Source: Pecten maximus (lineage: Eukaryota). From it: a stretch of 64,000 nt of DNA. Numbering within the stretch: position 1 is the first letter of the stretch; every line of letters begins with the position of its first letter. Location: contig NC_047015.1 in assembly GCF_902652985.1 (NCBI RefSeq), positions 56,296,001-56,360,000 on the forward strand, written 5' to 3'. The notes under the pieces are model-generated. The model saw only the letters and a program-made list of their open reading frames with translations, was not told the origin of the DNA and searched no databases. The position numbers were made by a program, and so were the translations under genes. Positions 38,070 through 49,640 of the stretch are shown here, piece after piece.

Positions 38070-39291
38070 TTATTGTGATTTATCCAAAAGGTATTCATCT
38101 TCAGATGAATGACATGCATTACAAGCAAGTTCTGTAAGTTCGTTGGTTGATGTTTGAAGTGACGTTTTAACCAATATCGAACTCGAATGACTGTCAAAAT
38201 AAGGTATGTTGGTGTCTTCGTCCAAAATACCATCACTAGAGGTCCGTGCTTGGCCATTGAGGTCACTCCGTGTGGCTTTAGAAATGTCTGGCACTTCTTT
38301 CGATTCCGAATTCTGACCTACTTTGACTATTGCAAACAGTGTCGCCACAGCAATAGCGAAACAGTTAAAATACACCACCAACATCACCGCTCCATACGTA
38401 TTTTCAATTGTTCCAAGCTTTCTGGTCATACACTTTATAAATTTGATTGAAGAAGAGGATTCCAACTCTTCAAGCGTCACGTTGATTAAATTATTTACAA
38501 AGATCACCATGATTATGTGTTGTAACTGATGGGATTGGCCAATAACGTCAAACATTTTTGGGAACCAGCGTTCTGGCACGTGTGCAGAATATACCAATAT
38601 GTTGAGTTGGAAAGATATCACGTGATATATATGACGCCCTAACGTGTTGTCATGGTAACCAGGAGACTGCCAGAAGTATCGTTGTATTAAGGGCAATGTA
38701 AACCAAAAGTAGCCAGAATAAACGGCATATCCTTGTAATATCTTGCAGAGTTTGTGAGCTCTTCCAAAGTAAATTTTTGTAAAGGAAAGCAACACTGAAA
38801 ACTGCATTGCCAAATAAATACATCCGGGTCTCGACCATTTGACTAGAAAATTTGCCCAGACCTGTGTCTCTTGTAAAATAGGTATGGCTTAATAAAGCAC
38901 AACCCATAGAATAGATCCCTATGGCATCGAAGTCCATACAAAAACACGTGTAATGGGCAACTTCCGATTTGTCCCCGAAAGTGTGAGCAAATGAGCTAGC
39001 AGCCAGGAGCGTCAAGATGCATAGCAACCCTGCTCCTAAGGGTCGAAACATTGGGTCGTGTAGCATGTCAAAGGTCAATGAGATGTCATATGCCCTGTAT
39101 GCTATAAATAGAAAGCCAATGACATGCGTCCACACATTGAGTGTCTGGTTGTTGGCGTGGAAAACACTGATGACGTAATATGACCATGGTTGATGTGGGC
39201 GGCGGTATCCGGTTAGTATGTGTTTCTTACAAATTTCAGATGGCATGCGCTCAGCTAAGGTCAAGGTCGGCGGAGAATCGGGGAATTTCAT
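38070..39291 (-). pseudogene. PAQR copy 3 with a +1 frameshift near 38847-38853 (pseudogene or assembly error)
   Basis: ORFs 38650-39291 and 38070-38813 are the two halves of a copy-2 paralogue. Removing one base from the AAATTTT run restores ...FLVKWSRPGCIYLAMQF. There are no other stops. Candidate 5' exon donor AAG|GTAAGT at 41367. Confidence 0.85.
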
Positions 39292-39390
39292 TTTCTTGGT
39301 CCCTGAAAAATGAATTAGAATAAGTTAAATTCAAAGAAATATCAAAATTTATAATTTTATGGTGAAACGGTCAAAGCGATCATGGATATT

Positions 39391-39610
39391 GTAGAAACCA
39401 TTACTTCAGACTAAATACTTGTACAGTGTAGAAACCATTACTTCAGACTAAATACTTGTACAGTGTAGAAACCATTACTTCAGACTTAATACTTGTACAA
39501 TGTAGAAACCATTACTTCAGACTAAATACTTGTACAGTGTAGAAACTATTACTTCAGACTAATACTTTTACGGTGTAGAAACTATTACTTTAGACTAAAT
39601 ACTTGTACAA
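39391..39610 (+). repeat. 37-bp minisatellite, ~6 copies
   Basis: 'gtagaaaccattacttcagactaaatacttgtacagt' at 39391, 39428, 39465 and onward. Confidence 0.95.
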
Positions 39611-39784
39611 TATATAGAAACAACAAAACATTATCAGACAAATGAAATTTGTTTTAGAATGTAAAAATATATTAATTTGGTACTCTCACTTACATAGTTT
39701 GAAATGAAAATGGTGACTTTGGTTACAGCTTTAAGATAGTTCAAAATTTTGTATATGTTAACAGTTTCGGGAAGAAGTTTTAAC

Positions 39785-40020
39785 GTTAACTTATTATTTT
39801 ACTGCAGTTTCGAAACAAGTTATATCAACTTATATAAATCACGCTTGTTGGCCCGGATGGAAGCGTGCTAGGAGTCTTACCGTGGGAGGAAACCGGAGTA
39901 CCCGGGAAAACCCCACATGGTCGGGCAGGTGACCACATACCTTTTCACGTCCGATCGAGGAATCGAACCTCGACCGCCCAAGTGAAAGGCAAATGCGTTA
40001 CCACTGTGCCACCCGACCAC
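39785..40020 (-). mobile_element. tRNA-derived V-domain SINE (family B) with LINE-like tail
   Basis: A box 'tggcacagtgg', B box 'ggttcgattcc', 'ggggttttcccgggtactccggtttcctccc', tail 'ataagttgatataacttg'. Confidence 0.85.
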
Positions 40021-40573
40021 CAATATAAAGAAGTTTTAGTCATATGATGCTTTTGTAGAAACTAAATTACACAGTTGGTATTGATGAAGAAGGTATAGAA
40101 CCTATCGATTCTGTCACACACAGTGTGTGACGTCATCGAACACAGAACAGGTGTGCGGCCATTTATTTCGTATGCAATAAAACACACATCTTTAATTTAA
40201 AAATATTGATACAACCTATAATAACTTAGTAGGGTTATCATTTTGAATTTTAGAATTAAATAGTCAAATTGTATTAATTGTCAGTATGAACGCAACCTAC
40301 AAGACATTAAATTGACGTCCGTTATAACGTAATGATTGAATGCATATAGCCAATAAATACAATTATAGGTCGTTTACTGGTTTTATTTATATAATGGTTA
40401 TTTTTAGATAGGCATGTCCTTTTTCTCTAGTGTGTGTGTGTTTTTTTTGTTTACTTGTTTTTGTTTATGTTTATATACTAGAGTGCTTCTTGGAAATCAT
40501 CATGAGCATTTAAATAATTTATAAAATGTCAATTAGCATCATAACTGAATTATCTGTAACAACTTTGAAAGCA

Positions 40574-41290
40574 CTGACGTCACGTAATTTCTAGGTAAAC
40601 ATGACATCATTTAAATCATCGTCGTCTAGAAGTTTGATGTAAGTCTATAACATGTGCTATCTCAGCAATGTACAAAGCGTTTACATGAGTTAGGTAAACA
40701 TGGCGTAAAATTGACGTCATATGGCTATTGCTACTAGAACATATAAATTCCTGTGGTTGCAATTCAGCTGAATTAGCGTAATCTCTTGGAAGACTCCAAA
40801 ATTGTATCTGTATATTTTTCTATTGTACTAGAACATATAAATTCCTGTGGTTGCAATTCAGCTGAATTAGCGTAATCTCTTGGAAGACTCCAAAATTGTA
40901 TTTGTATATTTTTCAAGAACGTGACGTCAAAAGTTCGTGACGTAAATTATATTGTTTAAAATTTCTGATTTACTGCAAAACTTGGTAGTAAAAAACCTCT
41001 GACGTCACGTAGATTTAGGCAAGCAATCATTTAAATCATTATCGTCTAGAAGTTTGATGTATAAGTCTGTAACATAAAACGTCGACGTGAGTTAGGTTAA
41101 CAAGACGTCAAAATGACGTCATATGGCTAGTGCTACTAGAACGTATACATTCCTTTGGTTGCAATTCAGCTGAATTAGCGTCATCTCTTGGAAGAATCCA
41201 AAATTGTATCTATATATTTTCAAGAACGCGACGTCACAAGTCCGTGACGTGATATCTATTGTCTAATTTCCGATTTACTTCAAAACTTGA
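40574..41290 (+). repeat. Nested tandem duplications (~425-bp offset, plus an internal 95-bp duplication)
   Basis: 40574 matches 40999 onward. 'tactagaacatataaattcctgtggttgcaattcagc' occurs at ~40732 and ~40827, with a variant at ~41134. Confidence 0.85.
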
Positions 41291-41752
41291 TGGTTTAACA
41301 AAAATAAAGAAAAAATGAAAAATGGTATTGATCTATGTTAGAAGAAACTGCATAATATATACTTACCTTTGACAACCGTCGTCACTAAACATAAACACGA
41401 GCTGATCCGTGGGAGTTGACCTACAGAGATGTACTCGGGGTACACAAGGGAGCTTGTATACTTTACTCTTCTGACACGATCCATCATTTCTGGCCATATT
41501 TTCAGCCCTTAGGGGTTATTTGTGTGCAGACTGCGTGAAACCCAGACGACCACAGCTGGTGGTACGATACAGCTCGGTGACATATCACGGTGGATTACTT
41601 CTCCGTCCAGAAACCTTAAATTCGCCTCTTAGGGTCATTCTGCATGTGTCAATTTCATTTGCCTAAAGAAAACGGTGGCAGGGGAGAAAATATCCACGTC
41701 CTTGACAGGACGAGTTAATACATATTCCTGGAGCTATGGCGGTAGTATTTCA

Positions 41753-44700
41753 TAAAATTATGTAAAATACCTTATATAATTTATAAATAAGACAGTTTGC
41801 TGTCAAGTTACAGGATATATAGGATGTGTTATATCCTAATAATTTGATCTTATGTATATGATTTGATATATTAATTAGATATATAAAATATCTTATATTA
41901 TTTGGAACTTTGATAGAAATTTATAAGAACAATGAGACCGATAAAAACAACAACAATTGTTTCACAATGATACACAATGACAGTAGGCCATAGTTGATTC
42001 TTCCATGTTCAGACATATTCAAATCAAACTGATATATCATCATTTACTGTTTGTTACGTGCAGATTTTCACTCAATTTTGAGTCAAATATTAAATACAAA
42101 CTAGTAAATAAGGATTTATATAAGCATATCCGATCTTCACTTTCTCTCGATCAATTAGTTATGTCACTACATACTTCTGTTCCATTTTCTATATTTCTTC
42201 TCGCTTTATCCTTACTTGTATCATCTTTCTTTCTCGTTTATCTACCTGTCTATTGTTTACTAAACCTTGACCATGACCGTTTATTAAGAAACCAAAATGT
42301 GTATTCAAGAGCCGTTTTCTTTCTCGGAATAGTTTATAATGCTATTATTGTGAATGTTTCCGATGGGATCACTGTGCGGTTGACTAATTTTGATAATGGT
42401 TAGAAGGTGATATATCCGCAATTTGGCACAGAGTTTCTATCGGAAGTTTTTACAATGTAGCTTATGGGGGACTAATTTTTAAGAAGATTCATTTTAAAGG
42501 TCACATCAGTGCTAATTTTTTTAGATATTTTATCTAGTTTGATAGCAAGTTTGATATCCTTCGTCTTTATGTGCATACAGTCACAATTTGACAACATATT
42601 CTATTACAATATTTTATTATTACTGTTGATATTGGACATGGATATAGAATCAAACCCTGGTCCCGCGGAAAATGAATTGTCTATATTTCATTTAAATACT
42701 AGGAGTATAAGAAACAAATTGGAATATATTGAAAATATAGCAGATGAATTTGATACCTTGTGCTTTACCGAAACCCATTTAGATCACCATGTACCATTTT
42801 CTGAATTAACTATACCGGGTTTTATGGAGCCGTTTCGAAAAGATAGAAATTTCTCAGGTGGAGGTTTATTAGTGTATTATTCTGATTCGTTGAAATGTAT
42901 TCGAAGATACGATCTTGAATTTGTACATGGAGAAAATATTTGGATACAAATCGAAATGGACAGGCAAATTTCATTACTGTGTACTTTATATCGACCGGAA
43001 GGTTCATGTCATCCTTTTTGGGAACATTTTAAATATTCTATTGAGAAAGCCTTAGAAATTACAACGAATGTGGTAATTGTTGGAGATATAAATGTTGATT
43101 TTTTAACCATATCGCATAACCATATTTTAAATCAAATTATGTTGGAAATGGACTTAACCAATGTTATTAATGAACCCACTAGACACGGATTGACGAGACA
43201 TAGTTTATTGGACCCTATTGTATTGAGTGATAATTCTAGATGTACAGATTCTCATGTTATTAAGATAGATCGTAATATAAGTGATCATGACGGATGTGTA
43301 GTATTCCTGTCTATACCCATTAGTCTATCCCGTAATTATACTCGTCAAGTCTGGTCATATAAAAATGCAGATTTTAATAAGTTAAATAATTTGATTAATA
43401 CTTTTGATTGGGAAACATTTTTCCAAAATTTTGATTCTGTTGATATCGCCTGTGTTAGATTCACTGTTTATGTTTATCATATGCTTCGGAATGTATACCA
43501 AAAAAATCAGTTGTTATTAGACCACAAGATAAACTATGGATGAATTCAGAACTCAGGAAAGCTATGCGGCTACGAGATAGAATCCGTAAAGTATTCAAGC
43601 GTGTTAAGTCCATTTCCAATCTAACAAAATATAAACAACAAAGAAATAAGGTCAATGATATGAAAAAGCATGCAAGGGAGTTGTTTTATGATAAAGTTGG
43701 GGACATTATTGATAAACTTGACACTAGTAACCCTAAATCTTATTGGAGATAAATTATATAAACAATCTGAGTAGCTGGAAGTTATTCCACCACTTACTAA
43801 CCCAGATAGTGGAAATATTTAACTTGGTGATGTGGAAAAAGCCAATATTTTGAATAACTATTTTTGTTCTATTTCAACAATTGATGATAGGGAGGTTCCA
43901 TTGCCAAATTTTAATCTTAGAACTAATTCTTTCCTTGACTCTGTTGTAGTCAGATCCGACGAAGTTTGCGATATTCTGAAAATTCTTAAACTAGGGAAAG
44001 CATCTGGTCATGATACCATAAGTCACCATATGTTAAAATTTACTGCAAATTCCATATGTAAACCTTTATCAATTTTGTTTAATTTGTCTTTTAATCAAAC
44101 AAGTTTTCCTGAAATCTGGAAGAAAGGCGTTGTACTTCCCCTTTTCAAAAAGGGTGATAGACGTTTAGTGTCCAATTATCGACCAATTACTCTTCTGTCT
44201 TGTATCGGTAAAGTTTTTGAAAGAGTTGTTTTTAAACACATATACAATTATTTTCATGAAAACTCCCTTTTCTATGAAAAACAGTCTGGTTTCAGGTCAT
44301 GTCACTCTGCAGTACACCAACTTATCGAAATTTACCACAATATTTGTTGTTCACTACAGGGAAAAAAAACACGCATGTCTTATCTTTTGCGACATCTCCA
44401 AAGCGTTTGACCTTGTATGGCACAAGGGTTTGTTAATTAAATTAGAAGCATATGGTATTAGGGGTGATTTTCTAGAGCGGTTAAAAAATTATATTTCTGG
44501 TCGTCAGCAACAAGTTTTAGTTAAAAATGTATACTCCAATACAGGTTACACGACTGCTGGCGTACCACAGGGAAGCGTTTTGGGACCCCTTTTGTTTTTA
44601 ATATATATAAATGATATTGTTGATAATATGAATAGTATATCTCGTTTATTTGCTGATGACACTTCGTTAATGTATTCTTCATCATCTCTTTTAGACATTC

Positions 44701-45800
44701 AAAGATCTCTTAATAATGACTTGCAAAAACTCAATAAATGGTCTCAAGACTGGCTCACTAAATTTAACCCACAAAAAACTGATGTATTGCTAATAACAAA
44801 TTAAAAAAATATTCCACCCTTGAACCTTAGTTTTGGAGAAGAAACTTTGAAATTAGTTGGTAACCATAGACATTTAGGTGTGACTTTCAGTTCGGATGCA
44901 AAGTGGTCCCTGCACATAGCAGAAATAATACAAACATGTATGAAAAAGGTATCGGTGTTAAGGAAATTCAAATTTTTGTTGAGTAGAAAAACTTTATTAC
45001 GAATTTATAGAGTATTTGTGCTGCCTGTATTGGAATATGCTTGTGAGGTATGGGATGGTTGTTCTCTGGCAGATGTAAATAAACTAGAACAAGTTCAACT
45101 TGAGGCAGCAAGAATCATTACCGGCATGCCATCTTTCTCTAGCAAACAATCTCTATATAAAGAATCCCAGCTCCAACCTTTATCTGAAAGAAGAAAGTTC
45201 CGTAAACTTTCAATGATGTATAAACTCCACAATGATTTAACTCCTTCCTATTTCAGCAATCTTCTTCCTCCATGAGTAGGTGAACGTAATTCGTATAATG
45301 TTAGAAATAAAGAAAACTATACCGTTCCAAATTTTCGATTGTCTACTTCTTATGAATCCTTTATCCCATCTTCTGTTAGGTTATGGAATAATGTACCTAT
45401 TGATGTCAGAGAACAGCCATCCATTAGTAGTTTTAAATCCAAAATAGAAAACAATCGTGATGTATTACCTATTTATTATCTAACTGGAAATAGAAAATTA
45501 AATGTTTTACACACAAGGTTAAGACATGTTTGTTGTAGCTTAAACTATGATTTGTATAGAGTAAATATAATTAATGATACAACCTGTGCATGTGGTAATG
45601 AGCGTGAAAACGTGTATCATTATTTTTTTGATTGTATATTGTACAGAAGAGAGCGTGAAACTTTATTTGATAATCTCTCCCGCTATTGTAATGTGACTCT
45701 TAATGTTATTCTCTGGGGTTCTCCTAAACTATCTGATGAACAAAATGGCTATATTTTTCAATATGTTCAAAATTTTATTAAATCCAGTAATCGATTTTAG

Positions 45801-45846
<46 letters not shown>

Positions 45847-46048
45847 AACTGGCATTAACATATTTACTTTTCATTCTGTCCCCCATCTCTGTCTTTTCTT
45901 ACATCATATACTTTATATACTGTATTATATTGTAAATTCATATTATGTACATAATGATTATTGGAAGAAGGCGTTTTTAAGTTGCGATAACTTGTGTCCT
46001 ATTCCTGTTGTTATATTTAACAATAAAAATATGTTTAAATAAAAAAAA
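41753..46048 (+). mobile_element. Decayed CR1/L2-group LINE (2A motif, APE endonuclease, RT, C-terminal Cys/His motif)
   Basis: APE motifs N.RS, TET, GGG, YRP, GD.N, SDH. RT motifs NYRPI, QSGFR, DISKAFD, GVPQGSVLGP, LFADD. C-terminal CACG..E...H...C. Several stops and frameshifts. 3' end caataaaaatatgtttaaa plus an A run. Candidate TSD AGTATTTCA at 41744-52 and 46049-57. Confidence 0.95.
45804..45842 (+). repeat. (TC)n microsatellite in the LINE 3' UTR
   Basis: Directly visible. Confidence 0.95.
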
Positions 46049-46984
46049 AGTATTTCAAGCATAATGATAATATAAATCTATAAAACAGTAGAAAGCTGTT
46101 TGTTACGTGTAGTTTTTCACGCAATTTTGTCGTTTTCCCAACATTTTAGTTTGGTTTGGTTTATTTTGTTTAACGTCCAATTAACAACATACTCCGATAC
46201 ACAAATATTAAATACATTCTAGTCAATATTTGGATTTCAAACATAATAATAATATATATAAAAATCTATAAAACAGTCGAGAGATGTATTTACCACTTTC
46301 CTGGAATTTAATGTTTTAAATTTCATGGGTGATTCGTCGCGTCGTGTATGGCCACATTTAATTAATCCTCTCTCCAGGCGCTTTACTTTCGGAGATTGTG
46401 CGGTGGTAGCCTCTGGCTGTTTATCGATCCAGTTCGTTGATCAAATATGTGTGATTTGTTGGACTTTGATATATAATTTGTTTAATCTTGCTATCGACAT
46501 TGAAAGAAATAATAATTTACTAAGGTATTCGACAGGGAGTTCCAACAATCCTATACTGTTTTTATTTAGATTTTTTTAAATTGTCTATTCATTTCCCTTT
46601 GTAGACTTTATTAATCTCTGTCTTTTTGCTGGACAGTGATATCGACTTAGATTAATTATCTGAGAAATAGGAAGTGATCACTAACTTCCTAGTTGTGTGG
46701 AGAATATTCGTATCAAGGTCGTGTTGTCAGTTTAGGGTATGTCCGGTCCTCCATAAAGTGTATTTACATGTACCTGATCGCTCTTCAATGTTTGTCTCTT
46801 GTATTTTGTTCGTTTGATTGATTTTATTTTTTTTTCTCTCGATTGAACTTTGATATTCTTTTCTTCGTTTTTGCTTGCTTTTTTTCTTTCTTGAGTTTTT
46901 TGTTTGTTTCATTTTGTTTTTGTTTTGTTTGTTTGTGTGTTTTTTTATTTTTTTTTTTTTTTAATTTTCTTAAATTTTGATTTT

Positions 46985-48390
46985 TAGGTCATCTGACCCG
47001 AAGGGTCAGGATGACCTATAGCCATCATGTTTCGTCCGTCGTCGTCCGCTGTCCGCCGTGCGCCGTGCGCCGTCCGTAAACTTTTCACATTTCAATCTTC
47101 TTCTCAAGTTCCTCCAGTGGCATTAAGATGAAACTTGCCAGAAATGATCCTGAGATGGTCCTGACTAAGTGTTGTTATTTTTCGGGTTGGTCCGAAATCC
47201 AAGATGGCCGCCATAGCCGCCATTTTGAAAACACATTTTAAACTTCTTCTCAAGTTCCACCAGTGCTGTTGGGCTGAAACTTGCCAGAAATGATCCTGAA
47301 ATGATCCCGACCAAGTGTTGTTATTTTTTGGGTCGGTCCGAAATCCAAGATGGCCGCCATAGCCGCCATCTTGAAAAACATATTTTAAACTTCTTCTCAA
47401 GTTCCACCAGTGCTATTGAGCTGAAACTTGCCTGAAATGATCCTGATATGATCCCGACCAAGTGTAGTTATTTTTCGGGTCAGTCTGAAATCCAAGATGG
47501 CCGCCATAGCCGCCATCTTGAAAAACACATTTTAAACTTCTTCTCAAGTTCCACCAGTGCTATTGCGCTGAAACTTGCCTGAAATGATCCTGATATGATC
47601 CCGACAAAGTGTTGTTATTTTTCGGGTCGGTCCGAAATCCAAGATGGCCGCCATAGCCGCCATCTTGAAAAACACATTTTAAACTTCTTCTCAAGTTCCA
47701 CCAGTGCTATTGAGCTGAAACTTGCCTGAAATGTTCCTGATATGATCCCGATCAAGTGTTGTTATTTTTTGTTATTTTTCGGGTTGGTCCAAAATCCAAG
47801 ATGGCCGTCATAACCACCATATTGAAAAACAAATTTTAAACTTCTTCTCAAGTTCCACCAGTGCTATTGAGCTGAAACTTGCCTGAAATGTTCCTGATAT
47901 GATCCCGACCAAGTGTTGTTATTTTTTAGATTGGTCTGAAATCCAAGATGGCCGCCGTAACCACCATCTTGAAAAACACTTTTTAAACTTCTTCTCCAGT
48001 TCCATTAGTGTCATTGAGCTGGAAATGGGTGAGGTTGTCAAGGAAGGAGGGCCAACAAAGTGTTGTTATTTTTTCGGCCTCGTGAAAACTTTGACATGGC
48101 AGCAATGGCGGCCATTTTGTAACATGATTGCGCAATCATGGTTTTCCTGAACAACACCTATTTCAAACTTCTTCTCAAATTCCACCGGTGGGATTCAGCT
48201 CTAACTTACCAGAAATTATCCTTAGATGGTCCAGACCAAGTGTTGTTATTTATTGGGTCGGTCAGAAATCCAAGATGGCCACCATGGCCAACAGTGCCAC
48301 TATATACTTGCTACAGAGAATGCATACTACAATAATATAAGGGTTTTAATTTAGAGTCAGATGACCGTTAAGGCCCCTAGGCCTCTTGTT
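46985..48390 (+). mobile_element. HINE/pearl(CvA)-type non-autonomous Helentron-associated element with internal 147-bp tandem repeats
   Basis: 5' hairpin/subTIR 'aggtcatctgaccc..gggtcaggatgacct', a (CGTC/CCGT) microsatellite, repeats at 47241/47388/47535/47682, 3' subTIR 'gtcagatgacc' and palindrome 'aggcccctaggcct' + cttgtt, inserted in T-rich DNA. Confidence 0.85.
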
Positions 48391-48667
48391 GTTTTTGTTT
48401 TTTTGTTTTATGTTTTTGTTCAGTTTTTTGTTTGTTTGTTTGTTGTTTTTTTTGTGGGTTTTAAAAAAATCTATTTTGGTCTTTTTATTTGATTTTATTT
48501 TTGTTGTTTTATTTTTATTTTTATTTTATGCTTTGTCACTAAATTTAATTTTGTTTGCCAGTTAGCAATATATATGTATGTCTGTTCAGGCTGTTTCTTT
48601 CAAAAGTGACACAAATTGTAGAGTGTAGACACAAGAGCACGAATGAACCACAATTATTAAGTGAATA

Positions 48668-49070
48668 TATAGAGGATATCTAACAGTGTCTTCAGTAATA
48701 CCAAATATATTTCACGAGTGGGGCTAATATCAAAATATTAGCCACACGAGTGAAATATATTTGGTATTACTGAAGATACTGTTAAATATTCTGTTTATTA
48801 CATTTTTTATCAACGAAAAACCTTCCCCGTATGCTAACTAGGCCTACAGCGAAAGTTTGCATACAAAAAATGTAGTTCCCCCTGTCCAGGTGCTGACATA
48901 TATGTCGGGCTTTCTGATTGGTCAATTATTGTGGTATTTTATAATCATTAATTTGATTGGTCAAATCAGCAAAAGTGATATGAAAAATATGATATTCTTC
49001 ACTAGTGAAAAATATCACTTTTATAAAATGAATAATTTTTGATATTTCACTGGTAAAAATGTAATAAAAC
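48668..49070. mobile_element. Hairpin-ended non-autonomous element
   Basis: Arms 'aacagtgtcttcagtaataccaaatatatttcac' / 'gtgaaatatatttggtattactgaagatactgtt'. Confidence 0.6.
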
Positions 49071-49194
49071 TTTGTTATACCAGATATACCGCTAACGAGA
49101 GACTGTTGATATCGAGCGTTATATGATACCACTTTGATGTATTTTCCAGTGACTGGGATTTACTTTTTCATATCGTATGTGTAAGGAGCTAGTT

Positions 49195-49640
49195 ATGGCA
49201 AGCCGTTTGAGTTTTTACTCATTTAACTATATATCTTTATTTAAATTTGAGATATCTGTATTGGTTGACAAAATACAGATATCTGCTTTTAAATGAGAGA
49301 TATCTGTATTCATGTGTGAAATAAAGATCTATATTTATTTTCTATCAAATAGGGACCAAAATTAAATATATATCTATATAATCTACAGATATCTCTATCT
49401 AAGATACAGAATTCTCTATTTGAAATACAGATATCTGAAATAAATATTATAGGTAAAAACCCTATAGGCATTATTGCCAGGCGTTTAGGTGTTTTTTTTT
49501 AATTCGGATATATTTATTTGAATTATAGAGGTATCTATATATTTATTGACAAAGTGAAGATATGCTTATTCAAATAAGAGATATATGTATTTTAAATACG
49601 GGTATCTTTATTTACGTTTTTAATAGAGATAGGTATCTGA
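49195..49640. mobile_element. Element with AGATATCT subrepeats starting TATGGCAAGCC
   Basis: Same terminal motif as 26447, with many 'gagatatct' palindromes. Confidence 0.55.

Noticed and set aside
42005-42403. Independent 132-aa membrane protein gene
   Set aside because: It lies inside the LINE TSD boundaries and is low-complexity and AT-driven. At most it is part of the element's decayed leader.
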